A stretch of 63,660 nucleotides of DNA, counting the filler, from Klebsormidium nitens (Eukaryota > Plantae > Klebsormidiophyceae), in the NCBI GenBank assembly GCA_000708835.1. It is 8 parts of 8 records of this genome, joined end to end, with 100 filler letters (N's around TTAATTAATTAA, not from the genome) between each part and the next. Parts side by side here need not be neighbours in the genome. Positions count along the whole stretch, not along the records: positions 45,369 to 62,051 come from DF237980.1; positions 62,152 to 63,660 come from DF237131.1; 6 more parts are not named here. The stretch is one strand, 5' to 3'. Positions 48,367 through 62,623 of this stretch are shown here, in pieces (the stretch's first letter is position 1; every line of letters begins with the position of its first letter). Position numbers and translations under genes: made by a program. The notes below the pieces were generated by a model. The model was not told the DNA's origin. It made no database searches and saw only the letters and a program-made list of their open reading frames with translations.

Positions 48367-51300
48367 ATTTGCTGCATACAGTAGCGAAAACTTCTCCATA
48401 GCGTCGCCTACCCTTCCAAGAGCTGTTTTGGACCTTTTTGCACCGGAGAGAATATTCCAAGATGGTGAGTGCTGGCAGTTTCTTTGATGTGGTTTCAACA
48501 AAGCTCTGACAGTCAAGTCAGCCGCCTTTACTCTGAAAGAAACATGATTGTTGCTACCTGGTGATGCCTGGAAGTTGCCTTTCTCTGTTAATCATTCGCC
48601 ACGTCGTTTTCCCAATGATCACAGATGAATTGCATCTTATGGCATATTTGTTGTTAAGGTAAGCCACGATCACCTCTAAAGGAAAGACTTGGCTTGTGCC
48701 TTAACATCTGTGGAAGGTCATCAGGTGAGCATCAACAGCCTCGGACTTTTCAACATATGATTGACATGTACAATGTGCTCAATGATAGAAGTGATTGGGG
48801 CAACAATTCTGACTTGTACTGCATTCCTATGGTTATTCGTGGAATTGCGATTTTGACACATCGTTGTGACTGCAGGTACTGGACATGTGTGGCTGAACAA
48901 GCCAGACAGCATCAAGGACTATGAGAGTCCCTGGACAGTATTGGGTGTTGATATCTTGGAGGATCTGCAGGACGGTCGCAAGCGGAGTCTGTCTCTGCTG
49001 CTGCATAGGCTGAAGGCAATCCAGCAGAGGTGAGGACAATCTTTTCAATCTCGAAAGTTAGCTTCTTAATTGCAGTCTGCTCTCGCAGCTTGCTGATAGG
49101 CAGACGTGGCCATTTCCGAAGGCGCTCATCGGCTTCCAGCTCCTCTGATTGCAAAATTGTCAAAAGGCAGGGCTTTTGGTGGTAAGACTCTTCAGATCAG
49201 ACACAGTCCAGTTGCATTCAACAGTGATGGTGAGGAAACCTTATTTTGTAGAATGATCATCAATCCATTCGAAGCAGATGTTCTTTGAATTTGAGCAAGC
49301 ATTGATATGACAGATATACTGGCCTGGCTAGAAAACAAACTTGGGAAGTTCGAGCATCACGCTGGCAACAGAGCCAGTGTCTCGAACAACATACACACAC
49401 TGCTTGCAAGAAGCACAAATCAGACACAAGAGAACCGGATCGAGGGAGCTGTCCGCCCCCATACTCTTGCAGTCGGGACTTTCCGCTCCCTTTGGTCGTT
49501 TCTCAAGCAGAGCATCACTAGTTGCCTGGCAGCTTGGCAGTCTGAAAACCCCAAGAGCTGAGGGCCCTGCGAAAATTTAAGTTACTGAATAGCCACAACA
49601 AGCTCAAAATAAAAACTTCCTCGGACGGGTGTAGTTAGAGAGGGGTTTCGGGTGGGCAAGGGTGTGGAGCAGGTGACTTCTCGAGTTTAGGACTATTCTA
49701 TTGACTTCGTTCTAATCAAAATGTAGCAGAACTCTTGTTCAATACGGCAGAGCACGAAACCGTTCATTTCTCTGTTGCAGGGTACCCCAGGTGAATGTGA
49801 TTGCTGTACAGCAGGCGCCTCAGGCGGACGTCCAAGCCTTCAGCGACCACCTCGTCCGAAGAATCCTGCAGCACTACGTCACCTTCCCCGTCCTCGTCTT
49901 CTATGATGCAATAAACAAGGTGAGGCTGTGGTGACGGTCGCGCAGCTGCTGAGACCTGACGCAAAGTTCATATACTGAAGCTCGCAAGAAGGGGAAGAAG
50001 GAGAAGAAGGATGTTAGCAGAACTTGCAAGATAATCGGTGTTCTTAGTCGTCCCACCTGCCTCGTTAGTGTGATATGAGGGAGGAGCCCGAAGCGACCAC
50101 CTACCTGTAAGAGCTTTGTCCCATCAAGCATCGAAAGCGTGGACACTTGCTCTATTCAGGATCAAAACAGGTAGGTTCGACGAACGTTGGGGAACGTCCA
50201 AAGGATGACATGGCGAAAGCATATCTTTTGCTTTCGCCCGAACGTTTTCTAAGCCGCTCCTTGGCGAACAGTCTCGGGGACAAAGCTGTGTTCGGATGCA
50301 TCTGAACTTCTGCACCTCCGAAAGGACTCGGTCTCGCTCCTTAAAACGGTTGCCCTAGGCATGCAAGCTGGGGGCATCAGCTTCAAGTTGAGATACCCGC
50401 CAGGTTGGAGTAAGTCAGTGCCGGAAGGACGGGTGGGGTTGGTCTGGGGGTTTAGGGGTGGGGACGGGCGCCGAGCGCGTAGGTTTCGAGGTAGGGTTTA
50501 GTCAAAGGAACCCTCCCGGTTCCCGTTGCATATCTTAACCTGGTTCAGCATAACCCGAATTGGCAACTGCTGTGCAGGCTGCCTTGTTCGAGGGCGCGGG
50601 ATGGAGCCCCATCTCGTGTCTGGTGCTGGACCAGGCCTTTGCGACAGTCGCTGCGTACTCTTTGGAGGACCTCCGGAACGGCAGAGCCGGCAAACGTGAG
50701 CTTGCCAACTTTGTTCCTGAAGACGACTTTCAGCCACCTTTTGCGCAGGAGAGGCAAGCAGAGTTCTTCCTCCCCAACACGAACTATTGGTCTTACAAAG
50801 CGCGGTGGAAAGAAGAGGAGATACTGACGGTAACACTGGCGCTGAAACGTGAGAGACTGCGGACGCAACCCGGTGTTCACAAGCTCCTGGTACAAGCTCG
50901 ACACAGTGTTTGACCTTTATCAAGCAAGGTGCAAAATGAAACAGCCCTGCGTTTGCAGTGCTGCGGGAGCGGCTCACGAAAGCCAAGCTCGCGCGGATCA
51001 GCAGCGGGGGCCAAACGGAGGAGGCATCCGTGCGGAGGTCTCCCGCGGCGATGATTGGCCGGGGGCCCGACGAGGCGGAGGACTGGCCCAACCTGCTGCT
51101 GTCCTTCCCTTGTGAGTCTCTTCGACCGTCAAACGGCGTACGACCCACACTTATCAGCGTGGTGGTGCAATCTCAGCTTGAAGGTTACATCTCATTATCT
51201 TGTTCTTCTCACATGAGCAGATCTAAGTGTACATCAGATGAGAGACCCTTCGCTGTGTGGGTCATTCGGCTTCCCGTTTATCGGCTGTCTCCGCCGTGCC

Positions 51301-54300
51301 GTCTTATCTCCTACTCCGTTCTTCAGCTTGGGTCAGTTGACTCTTTCAAGCTATAAGGTGTGCACTAGAACGTGTCCTTTCAATCAGCAAAAAAAACAAG
51401 TGGGAACGATTGACTACGGATGCTCCCTTTACCGCACGTCAGTGAGTCCAAATCGGATGAGCCCAAACACATCCGTTCCCATCTTTTGCAGCGCACATCA
51501 CGTCCGATCGCGCTAACTCGCGCCTCTTCGTCTCTAACGCGCTCAATCACCAAGTTTTGATCCTGGACCCAGACGGCACGATCCTCGACGTGGTGAGAAA
51601 TTCGATTTTGAGGTTGAGCATGTAGGGCTTTGGAGCGTTAAGAGTACTGCAACTGCGCATGTTTTGATTGTGCATCAATGCTCTGCGGTCAGCAATTCCA
51701 TGCTGCTCTGTCCGTGCGTCTCGCAAGTTCATTTGGTTGTATATTTACAATTTTCATTAAAGAAGCCTGAGTACAGGCACAGAGGGGACATACAGATACG
51801 GCTGTTGCGCTCCTGGCTTTTGGTGGCTTCCTGTATAGGTATCTTGCTCTCGCCAGACCGCTCGCGAAACGCTACTCCAGAAGCAGCCTCTCGATGGTTT
51901 CTCGCAGGCAGACCCTCTCTCTGAATGAAAGGACTCTTCCTGCAGATTGGCCTGTCGCGGACGGGGGGCTTCCAGGACGGTCCGTTCGAAACAGCGCAGC
52001 TGCGCCGCCCCGGGGCGATGCTCTACGAGCGGGAGACGGAGACTCTTCTCATTGCTGACGTCGAGGTACCCAGTCCCGACACTCTCTAGCCACTGATTAC
52101 AAAGATGTCGGTGTCAATCTACAACTGTCAACTGTCAGCTCTTTTTCTCAGGGTTGTCTCTTTGTAGGTCGCTGCGAAAACTGCTATTTCATGTCAACCC
52201 CTGCAGAATCACGCCCTCCGCCGCGCCGACCTGCGCGAGCGCACGCTCACCACCGTATTTCCCAAGCCCCCGGAAGAAGAGTCCGTCGTTGAGTCGCTCT
52301 GGAGCCGGCTAGTCCCGGCTTTCTTGCGGCGACCGCCCCCTCCCCCGAGCACATTTTCCGAGCCGCGCCCGTCGGCGGCGGACGAGGAGGCCGAGAGCGG
52401 GCGGCCGTGGTTCCCGTGGCACATCGCGATGATCGAGGAGGGCGTGCTTGCAGTAGCCAGTGCGGGGTAAGTCCCTTCAGGATTGCAATCGTTGAACTTC
52501 AGGAGTATCATAAGCTTGCGAGTTGGAACCCTAGGTGAGTCCTTGATTGCTTTTTCAGAGGGTGGTCAAAGCTAAGGGCTAGAAAGCTAGCAGGTGACTA
52601 TCCCGGTTCCAAGAAGAGGTCCACAAAATGGTCGTTATGTTCCGGACTGACCAAATTCTGTCTGCTTCTCTGGATGTGTGCCGCATAACCCTGTGAGCAG
52701 ATTGTCTTTGCTGTTTTTCTTTCTTCTTCTGCCTTTGTCTCTTAGGTTTTCCCCCGTTTATCAATCATCAACCACAGGAGGGCTAAGGCTTCCTCGCCGA
52801 GCTCAAACATGAGGAGGTCTGTTTGAGCAAGTTGCTCAGCTTTTCCCCCGGAACCTGCCTGCTCAGCTTTCCCCCCGTGTTTTGCCAGTATCATGCTGGC
52901 CTTTGGCACGCCATTGATCATGCACGATCCAAGAAGCATTGCTCATGGACAGCTTACGTCGTCCGGCATGCTCTAAATCCAGTAATGTCTTGCAGAAATA
53001 TTTGCACACGTTCGACAAGCGGAGGTACGAGCGTGACGTCATGCTCCCGTGCAGGTATGGCCAGGCCTGGACGGTGAATCTGGAGGAGGGCACCTCGGAA
53101 ACGTGGATGGACGGGGGGGCGCCAAGTAAGGCCCATGTCCGCCACCTGTTCTGTTCAGCTGCTACTTTTCTGCTGTGCACAGAAACTTGAGAAGACCCGC
53201 AAGCAGCGAAACCCGAGAAGACTAACGTAGAGCTGTCCCTATTTGATTTTGGCAGAGCCGCTCACAACAGTATGACATCGTACGACCAAATTCGCTTCCT
53301 TCAGCCGCATCGATATGACAGGAATTGTCTGCTCTTGTAATTGGTGGCAACACACGGCTTCCGGAATCTGCTCTTCACGGCCACTACAGAGAGGATAGTT
53401 CGAAGCGGCCCCAACCTCGTGCAGATTTCAAGAGGCCCATATTGGGGATCCATTTTATTCCCCTCCAGGACTGGCCCAAGCTTTTCTGAAGCTCGTTGCC
53501 CTCCCTTCTAATATCTGCCCATGGTAACCCTCGTACATATACTGCTGACAGCCTATGGGAGCTTGAGATCTGCGTTTGCCTGTTCTACCTGGTCTTTTGT
53601 TGGATGAGCTGATGGCGCTCAACGAGAGAACCAGGAACGGAAAACAAAGAAATTTATGGATTCCATCAAGAAGCACGTATGTGCGCGATGTACGTATGTA
53701 TCCGGGACCAACAGGTACGTCAATGATCCTAAGTACGTCTTTTGACGCGCTAAGCTTGCCCCTTCAGACACTATCCAATTAGCCGTTCTTGATATGAAGA
53801 ACTAAGAACGAACGAGTGGTCAGGCAAGTAGCTTTTTATTTCGCGCTAAGGACGCTTTGTCTTGTCTAACCGTGCAGACACGATCCGCGCGGCAATCTTG
53901 TCCCTCCACGCGACCGCCCACCGCGCCACGTCTCTCGAAGCCGACCTCCTGCCCGCGCCCGCATTCGGACACTCCCAAATATCGACGGACACGCCCAGCT
54001 CGGACGTCCGCGACCTCTACTTCTTCGTCGACGGCAGCCGGGTTATGGGCATGCGGGTTAGCAGTAACCAAGGGGGAGGGAAGGTCCGGGCGCAGGTCTT
54101 CGCGGGGAGCACGGAAAGCCTGCCGGGTTACAATAACGGGCCGAGGTTGCGGGCGATGTTTCACGAGCCGGCAGGAGTCACGGAGCTGGGGGGGAGTTTG
54201 TACATAGCGGACACGAGTGAGTCTGCGTGAGAATGGTCGAAAGAAGCGCTTCGTTCGTTGATTTGGCTTCTGAAATCTCACTTTTTCTAGCAAGCCACCC

Positions 54301-57054
54301 GGAAGGGATCCCGACTGTTCTCATATCAATAAGCCAGCGCGAAAGAAGGCCATTGTGCATGACTGCAGGACCTTTCGGTTCTTGGTTGGACAGGTATTTG
54401 AGAGGCTGTTTACTGCTTTTTTGGGGCTCTGGTGTCGTTCTGTCTTGAAGAGGAATATGATTATGCTTGTGGGATACTCAAATTGAATCTGATTGGCACA
54501 TCCCGAACACCCTTTACTTTGTGTTTTCATTCTTAGAGAAGTACAAGGTCCAATTCTGTAGGTCTGAGTCTCCGTGTGCTCTCTCCTGCATATACCCAGA
54601 TGCACTGCACGTCTCCGTCTGTGCTACAGAACGTACGACTCGTTGGTCTTGAAAATCTTCAACTGAGGCGACTAGACAATCTGGGAATGCCAAACCTTTA
54701 CGTCTGTCTTGCTTTTCGCCGCAGATAACCATCGCATCGCCCGTCTTGACCTGAGCACGGGTGACGTGTCAACTCTAAAGCTGAAAGGCTTCCAAAAACT
54801 CGGGATCCCGCCTCAGTGGCGGCCGCCTGCCGAACCGCCGCTCAGCGCAGAGTTGCCGCAGGAGTTGCCGCAGGATAGCACTGCTGACGTCATTGAGACT
54901 GGATCAGGTGAGGCGTGTATACCCAGTGCAATTTGGCGAAGCCTTGCTTGAGGGATCTGTCCGTATAGGCAGCGCTGGTGTTGCTGGTAGTTTCTGGCGA
55001 AATGTCCAGGCGGCAGCTCTGAGTTCCTTCGTCTTGCACCCTTCAGTTGCTCTGCAGTATGCGGCACCTTCTGGCTTTCACAGGGGCTGCACGGTAGATG
55101 CGCGTGCCTGCATCACCTGCAAAGCAGATGGATCACCTAGAAGTTCTGAAACATACACACAACGCAAAAGCTGATTTGTATATGCTCTGAAAGTGGACCC
55201 GCACTCACGGTTACCTTCGTGACCATACGAACCGTGGTTTCGCCTTTTCTGATCGAGTCGGAAAGACTTCGTGCGAAATGATAACCATCCCAGTGCCGCC
55301 GATTTCTATGTGCACAGAAGGTTTTCTCGTAGAGGCACTCTTCAGGAACACTGCAACCTTTGATGTTCATTCACCTGCCTTCATCTATTTCAAAGAGTTG
55401 ATCAGTTTTGCATCTTACAATAACCAAGTCTTTTCGGTGTAGCAAAAAGGCTGCTTACACCAATCCCGCCCGTTTACGCTTTTGCAGTGCAGGTCCTGTT
55501 TGTTCGAAAGCTTGGCTTGGTAACCGAATCTTGCGCCTGACTCGGTCGCTGCTCCGCTCAGTCGGCTTTCATTCCGCTTAAGACCTCAGCCGCTCCGCCC
55601 GACTATTTCACCTCTTAACCATTACGCTCCGCCTCTCTTTCGCAGGTAGACACACGGTTCTGCTCGAAGTCATCCCCCCGAAAGGCACGCGCTTCGCATC
55701 GCCAGCCAGCGATTGGCCCGTCGTCCGGCAGGCACGTGGCACCGCCGTCGAGTTGTCCGTCATGGGGGGGGAGCTCGAGCACAAACAGGTGAGCTCATCG
55801 GTCCCGGCTTGCTTTCCCAGTGATACCTGGACAGCCACGAGATTGTTTTGCGTCGAATGGCAGAGCTTTCCCGCCTGGAAGCTTATTGCTATCAATCAAA
55901 AGTGGCCGTCAGGGCACTGGTCTCTGCTGGAGTTCACGAAGAATCGCGGCTGGAAGGTTTGCGCCAAAGGGCGGAGCGTTCGCACCCGGAAGCTTATTTC
56001 GATTGGTCAGAAGGAGCGGCGGAGTTCCGAGGCAACCAATCTGCCGACCATTCACTCTGGCGGACGGTCGGAATGCTGTTCAATTGCAGTGACACTCGCT
56101 TGTCAGTTGTCTGCTGCTGGCCTTTCTCTTTGAGACAAAGCATGTCCCTTCCGTCGACTTCAATCTCCAGCATTCGCAAGCTCTAAAAAGCTTTCAGTCA
56201 GCGTATCAGCCCTATTGGAAGTGCTCACCCACGGAATCCGCTGCCAAATGTAGGTGACGGAAGCGCAAAAGTGGGCGGAGCACTTTGAAGACCCCACGTG
56301 GGAAAGCGGCGAGGCGGCTGAGGGAACGGAAAGCAGCAAAGGGCGGGAGGTTGCAGAGGAGACGACGCCGGCGGGCGATGGGGAGCTGATGTGTCGCCTT
56401 GATCTGAGCCCGGGGACATCAGTGGTGAGCGCCGCCCTGATTCATCGTAACGCCTCCTCTTTCAAGTTTGTGCGGAAGATCCTCTGATCCTGGGCTCTCT
56501 CGAATATTTATTACAAAAGTTTCACATTCTTCAAGCGTGGGCAAACTGCCGGATTTGATGTCCTGCCAACCCCTCTGCTTGTTTAGGCGGTTCTCTAAAA
56601 TACATTATCAAAGGAAAGGACATTGTTTGAATGTTACCGTCGCTCAAGTACGAGAAATGTCGCGAGCGACACGGAGTCGACCAATCGTTTACTGCTAGCG
56701 ACAAGGTAGTACATAAAACAGCCGATTGGTTATTGTCGGGTCAAGCCATGCCCACATATCCACGTCCATGTTCCTATGGGAGGGGCTTGCTGATTGTGAG
56801 GCTGAGGGGCACTACCACGTGTCAGCTAAACGGGGCATGAAGTTGTTAACTCAAGCCGAATCATGTGTCTTTTGCAGCTGGTCGTCAGCGGAGTAGTCCC
56901 TCTGGAAATAGACAGCGGTCGAGACTACCATCCTTTGCTGGCCCCACAGCCCGATCTGGTAGTCCTCAAATCGTTACAGAAACGGATCAGATTCAGAACG
57001 TCGTCCGAGAAAGAGCAGACCCAGGCGCCTTTACGAGTTACCGTGGAATGTTGA
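48367..57054 (+). CDS. NHL-repeat / thioredoxin-like domain protein resembling plant EMB1974 (NHLRC2-related); many exons; 5' end not resolved and probably further upstream
   Basis: Exons read GHVWLNK..LKAIQQR (48876-49029), YPQVNVI..YVTFPVLV (49781-49919), DWPNLLLSFP, SRLFVSNALNHQVLILDPDGTILDV, GGFQDGPFETAQLRRP..IADVE/NHALRRADL, GYNNGPRLRAMFHEPAG..LYIADT/NHRIARLDL, VVRQARG, AQKWAEHF; last exon ends ..RVTVEC* at 57054. Confidence 0.8.
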
Positions 57055-58019
57055 GATCATTGCAGTATGTAAGAGGACTGTACGGCGCTCGCGCCCTAGC
57101 TGCTCCCACCAACAGCATGCATGTGTTGGTACTCACAGAAACAACGATCATCGAAAGATCGCGACTATGTCTTTGTGGTGCATGCACGACTGTTCTCAAG
57201 CAGCTATGCAAGTCGATACTTGGCGCGCACGTTTCCTTCTGAGAAAGTCTGTACTATAGCACACCTCTAATCAGTCACGCGTTTGGCCTTAATATAAGAT
57301 CGTAACTACCTGTTGCTGTTAGTGTACATCAGTTAAGCACAGGTGCAAATATCGTGTTCTGGTCTTTGCGAACTTAGTGTACGTCCATGCATGCAGTGCC
57401 AACTTGGTAGCTATCAGTATGTAAGAAAGAGAAGCTGCAGCATGCGCATGCGCATGCGCATGAATGAATACTAGTAGAACTGGGTGTCGGTAGGGGCTAG
57501 CGAAGGTAAGAACGTGCCGTTGATGCAAAAGCGTGCGAGCACTGCAAACACTTGCACACATTCAGTCAGGCCGCGCATCAGCGAGGATTATGCTTGCAAG
57601 CATATATCGGCCAAACTCCGGCTTATCGCGAACCGTCCGATAACAGCACATCATCTTAACCTGATTGACAAGCGAACTGAAGCTCCAGGCAGGATTTCCT
57701 AGATTGAGCAAGAGATCATGACGCTTGCCCGCTCATATAATGGCTTGTATATACGGAAAGTACATTGTCGGAGGAGATTAGCCACCGTCCAGATCAGCAT
57801 CACCAAGGAAGTTGGAAAGGAAGCGCAGTCTTCACCTCGCTCCTTAGTGGTTGTGCTTCCGGACGTTTTCCGAGTTCGAGATGCCGCACGACACACGACT
57901 GTTCACGTCCATGCTGGTTCTTTTTAGCAAACCTACACGTTACCTTAGCTAGCAAGGCCAAAACAGAAGAAAGTCTCCAAACCCATGATGATTTCTTCCG
58001 GTAAGGCCCAGAGGGAAAA

Positions 58020-58055
58020 GATCAACGATCAACGATCAACGATCAACGATCAACC
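58020..58055. repeat. Microsatellite (GATCAAC)x5
   Basis: Perfect 7-bp tandem units. Confidence 0.9.
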
Positions 58056-58094
58056 GGTCACCCATTTCGGGGGCAGATCCGCGAGCCAAACTCA

Positions 58095-58400
58095 CCGTAG
58101 GCATTCAGCCCGGGCGCCGGCCCTGTGACGAGGGGGGGTCGTCTTCAGGAAACAGCACCCGGGTGCGGTGCCGGCAATCGTCGCGTTTGGAGTGGCGTAC
58201 GTAAAGGCCACGCAATCGCTTACGGCGTTACACAGGACAACGCGGTTTTTGACAGGGTTAGCCCGGAACCCGCGAGTTAAGGCACCCGCGCACTCTGGGC
58301 TGACCCCGAACTGAATCCTACGGCCAGAAAGATATTGGGAGGTCAAGTTGGATTGGCTGTTTGCGATGTCGCTCGCGGGGAATCGGGTGTAACCCCCGTT
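58095..58400 (-). CDS. Possible PAN/Apple-like exon(s) of an unresolved gene
   Basis: GYTRFPASDI..LCNAVSDCVAFTY..GCCFLKT resembles the PAN pattern C..C.AFTY..C.LK; donor GTGAGT near 58095; no gene model built. Confidence 0.3.
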
Positions 58401-61400
58401 GGTGGTGTCTGCGTGAAGTGAAGAAGCTGAATAAGATGCCGGGTTAATGGTGACCTCAAATCTGGCCTGGTTTTCTCTTAGCTTCGTTCTGGTGAAGAGA
58501 CATCGTGCTGATTGCTGCCGTAAATGCGTTAGCACCACAACGATTTCGGATCAGAGTAGCAACGCTGTCACCAGGGCCAACGTCGCTGGAGAAGGGGTCA
58601 ATCGTTTGGGCCGATCTCTGTTTGGGTCTAGTTCATTCAACTTGGCGCTTCTACTTGTGAACTGGGTGGCCCAAATTTTTAAAAAGTACGTTTGGAGAGC
58701 TCTTGATCTTCATCTGCCTTCAAAACATGACAGATAAACAGACGACCCTTCGAGGGTGAAAATCCTGAAGCGCCCTAAAGAGCTACATTTTGAGGTCAAA
58801 CGCGGTACTGCCACGTGTTCCTCAATGTCTCTACATTCCCAGGAACAGAGGAAATCAGTGATTGAATCTTCACCCAACACTTCTACTCACACGAGTGAAA
58901 GATTAGATTTCCTTCGCGCACCGCAGACTCAGCTTTGACATTCTCAGCGCATGATCACACGAACTGAAAGTGGAAGAGACCTTTGGTTATGACTCAACCC
59001 CTCGATATACTGAGGCTTCTACCCCGCCTCTAATTTGCAGAGATGCAGATTGATCGTACCTGCCCTTCCGCTAGCCCCGCACACGGGCGGAATCGGAACT
59101 GCAGAGACAGAAAAGGCGGCCCTTCTGAGAAAAGTTTGTGGAATGTAGTCCTGTCGTTTTCGTGGCAATCGAGATGGAAATAAGAACTCATTTCTTAGGC
59201 CTCGATTATCATATGATCTTTCGACGGAAGAAAAATATGAAGCAAGCGACGCCGAAACAACGAAGTGCAAGTAGGCCCGCTGTGATCTAGAAACACGTGA
59301 AACAGCGATTTGTCCGTTTTGTTAACTGCAGCCTTAGGATGAGTAGATCAGTCGCGTTGAGACAAAAGCAAACAGCGGGCCACGTCCCAGTACTGCCTCA
59401 GTTTGAATTTTCGTGCTATAATCCCAGGAGATTGGATAAGCTTTTGGTGGGGTGAGCGCCCCCCATTACATCCGTTAATCTGAGTAAGGTTTTGTAACAT
59501 TTTCGAAACATTGAAAAATCCAACACACCCCCCTTTTGCTAGAGATTTCCGTGGCAAAGGAGGGTGGGGTTCTATCTACGCAAAATGGGGTGCCTATCTG
59601 TTTTCGAACCGTAACAAAACTGCGTGTTTCAAAAATAAAAGGCTATGCAAAACGGGGCTTTGCTTTCGGTTGGTTGGCCGGGTGAGCGGATAGAGGGCGC
59701 TGTGGGCTCTCAAGTTCTGGGCTGGCGAGCAGCACATGTTCCATGCCAACGGAAGGGTTTGGATGAATTGGGCAATACATTTGTGAAGGCCTCTTCTTGA
59801 GAACCCGCTTTAGTTTCGCAGAGAAAGTTAGCATTAAAGAATTTCATTGACTGCAGCTATATGCCGTTGAGGAGTCGACTCACTTGATCGTCCAGCTTCT
59901 AGGCCTCTTTTAGGGTTCTAGAGTTCTAGGGTTTTAGGGTTTTAGGGTAAAACTGCTTAAACCGGCGGGTTGTGCGAAAGGCGCTGTCCCAGGTTCTTAC
60001 CAGCAAAGGCGGCTGGAACGCCCCCCAAGATGCCCTAGATCACAACGAGTACCAGAAGGGTGGTTGAACGGCGGGCGTCCCCCAGAGCCGTAAACAGAGC
60101 TGCCGCCATATCCGAGCGGAGAAGGCAGGTTCGGAACAATCACTCTTCAGGCGCTGGAAAGTTGATTTTGGAGAGAAGCAAAAGCTCGTCTTGAGAGGCT
60201 TTAGATCAAAAGAGCACCTTATGCACTCCGGCAGCGGAAGCTTGCTCGTTTCGTGTGTTCTTCAGATCAGAGAATTATACCACTTCAAGGTGATCACGCG
60301 GATCTGCGAGCAATAAGAAGAGTGGCGCCAAGTTCTGGAGTGCTGCTTTTTCTTTCTCCAACCTTGCTAAGTGCATTCCCAAAAGGCGCCGGTTTCGACC
60401 GAAGAGAGAAAGAGAAAGACCTCCGTAAAAGGTCATACGAGCTTTTATATACTCGTGCTTTTCGTGCCGTTAATCAAGCACGGTTCACGTCTGGTCAAGT
60501 GACCGAGGGTGGTTGAGGCAAAACCTTGCTGTGTGTATTGATTCCACGGCTCGGCTTTAAGTTTTCTTTTCTAAATAATCTTGCTGCGTTCTGCTGCGTG
60601 CCGCAAACGACAATATCCCTCGTCGCGTCTCTAAACCGTCGAACGTAGCTTAAACTTAAAGCCTCGAGAGACGTACAATAAGGAGTATGCGGCAAAGTTT
60701 TTGAAACACGAGGAGCGGAGCGCATGACGAAAACGTTGGTTTCATGATTCTTGGTTTCCTCAGATTGCTGGACAGGGACCGACGTAAGCTCCAAAGAATC
60801 AGATAGCTAGTGGCTAAACACGTGTTTTGCCGCTTCGGAAGTGCCCAGCTTTCCTCCGTCTCTCCAAGCCGTTAACTAGGCGCTGAAAAGCAACAGCGAG
60901 CTGCAAACTTGACACACTAGGTGTGGGCAATAGCTCGTACAAGGCTATAGCTCTTTTAACGCTCCTTACGGGATTGCACCTCACAAACGCGCGTGCAGGG
61001 CACCTCGGAAAGTATTCTGATCGACAGCCTGGATCGAGCTAGCTGGTTGCCCCATGTTCGCGAGGAGCTCCTAAACCGTACAGCCATGACCGTGATTCCG
61101 ATGATGTACACATACCACTATTTGACGCGTATATATGTGCGTGATATTCTTGTCACATGCACAGTGTACGTTTTATGCAGCTTCACATGAGGACTGCTAA
61201 ATCAAGATCGACTCTGTGTGCATGCATTCGGTTCTCGGATCTGTTTGTTGATATGGAGCTTTTCATTCGCGGAGTCCTGAAGTTTCAAGAGCGTTCGATA
61301 ACCGGTTCCTGGTTTATAGTGATGGTCTTACAAACGCTTGATTCAACGGCTCAGTACACCGAGTACGACGGACAACTTGGCAACCAGGTTCTTATCAGTC

Positions 61401-61619
61401 AAAGAGCTAACGGACCTTAAGAAATCCTATTCGAGGCTACACCACAATCCCACACAGATTAATAGTTCCATTGCCCCGGCTTATTCACGAAACACGCTTT
61501 GCTTCAAGACGGCCCCCCAACTGTCCTTTTTGACTCCCGTCTTAGAAACTCCTCCCCTCGCCTGATCTAACGGAGTTTAAATACACCATTGGATACCGCC
61601 AGGAGGTGTCTAAATGACT

Positions 61620-62050
61620 GCTTTCACGAGGTAGCTAGGGTGCTTTATTTGAGCCTCGTGAATTCGGGCAATTACCGTCGATCGGTCGCACTGCGGGTCC
61701 CGGGAATATCCCGTACACCCCGTGAGTACTTTCGAAATTTCACGGGGAATTACTGGGGTTCGTCCCGGGGTCACCGGGGGTCCGAACGGGCAATATTCGG
61801 AGGATCCCCAGACTGTCCTGGGATAATATGGGGATTTACCTGATAAATACATCAACTTAATGTCAAGCAATTGAGATTTTGAAGAAATATATACTTGTGG
61901 AAATCTAAAGGCAATCTGCATAGAGTGTCCTGAGCATGATCACAAGGTGCCATCAAAAGTTGATCCCCGAAAGTGGTGTTTCATGGGGCTTTTGTGAAGG
62001 CTCCTCCATTTTGAAGGCGCCCCATGAAAATTACACAAAGCTCCTTCTTA
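61620..62050. repeat. Second copy of the 36416-36845 arm (same repeat family), runs into a gap
   Basis: Shared TTTGAGCCTCGTGAATT and an identical GGCTCCTCCATTTTGAAGGCGCCCCATGAAAATTACACAAAGCTCCT block. Confidence 0.85.
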
Positions 62051-62623
62051 ANNNNNNNNNNNNNNNNNNNNNNNNNNNNNNNNNNNNNNNNNNNNTTAAT
62101 TAATTAANNNNNNNNNNNNNNNNNNNNNNNNNNNNNNNNNNNNNNNNNNNNTCACAAATAATTAGGGGGGGTACCACTTCAAAATGACCTTCCCCTAACT
62201 CTATCAGGTAGAGGGCGGGTGGGCAAGCGAACTTCTGCAAGAATTCTAAGAGGCGAGTTGGAAATGAAAGTTTCCAGCTCGCCAATGCACTATTTATACT
62301 AGTGACTTACAGGCTACGCAGGATTATTAGATTTATTCGAAAGTCTTATCGAACTATTCACCACTATTATCGCACCTGCACCAGGCTATTCGATAATAGT
62401 CTATGAATATTGCGAGCGACTTGGGGGAATAGGCATGGTCCGCCTTGTTAAAGAATTCGTAACAGGGGGGTGCTCGAACAGGCTCGAGACACCCCCTATG
62501 AGGACACAAGGACTAGCCTACCCCCCAAGGACCGGTCGGTCTTAACGCTAGCGGTCTGTACCGGGTGACACTACTAGGCTACAAGTCTTCGGTTGCGCCG
62601 TCTTCAGGGGCCCGGGGCAGGTG

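Noticed and set aside
49764-49964. Minus-strand acidic ORF (IIEDEDGEGD..)
   Set aside because: Antisense shadow of a plus-strand exon of the NHL-repeat gene.
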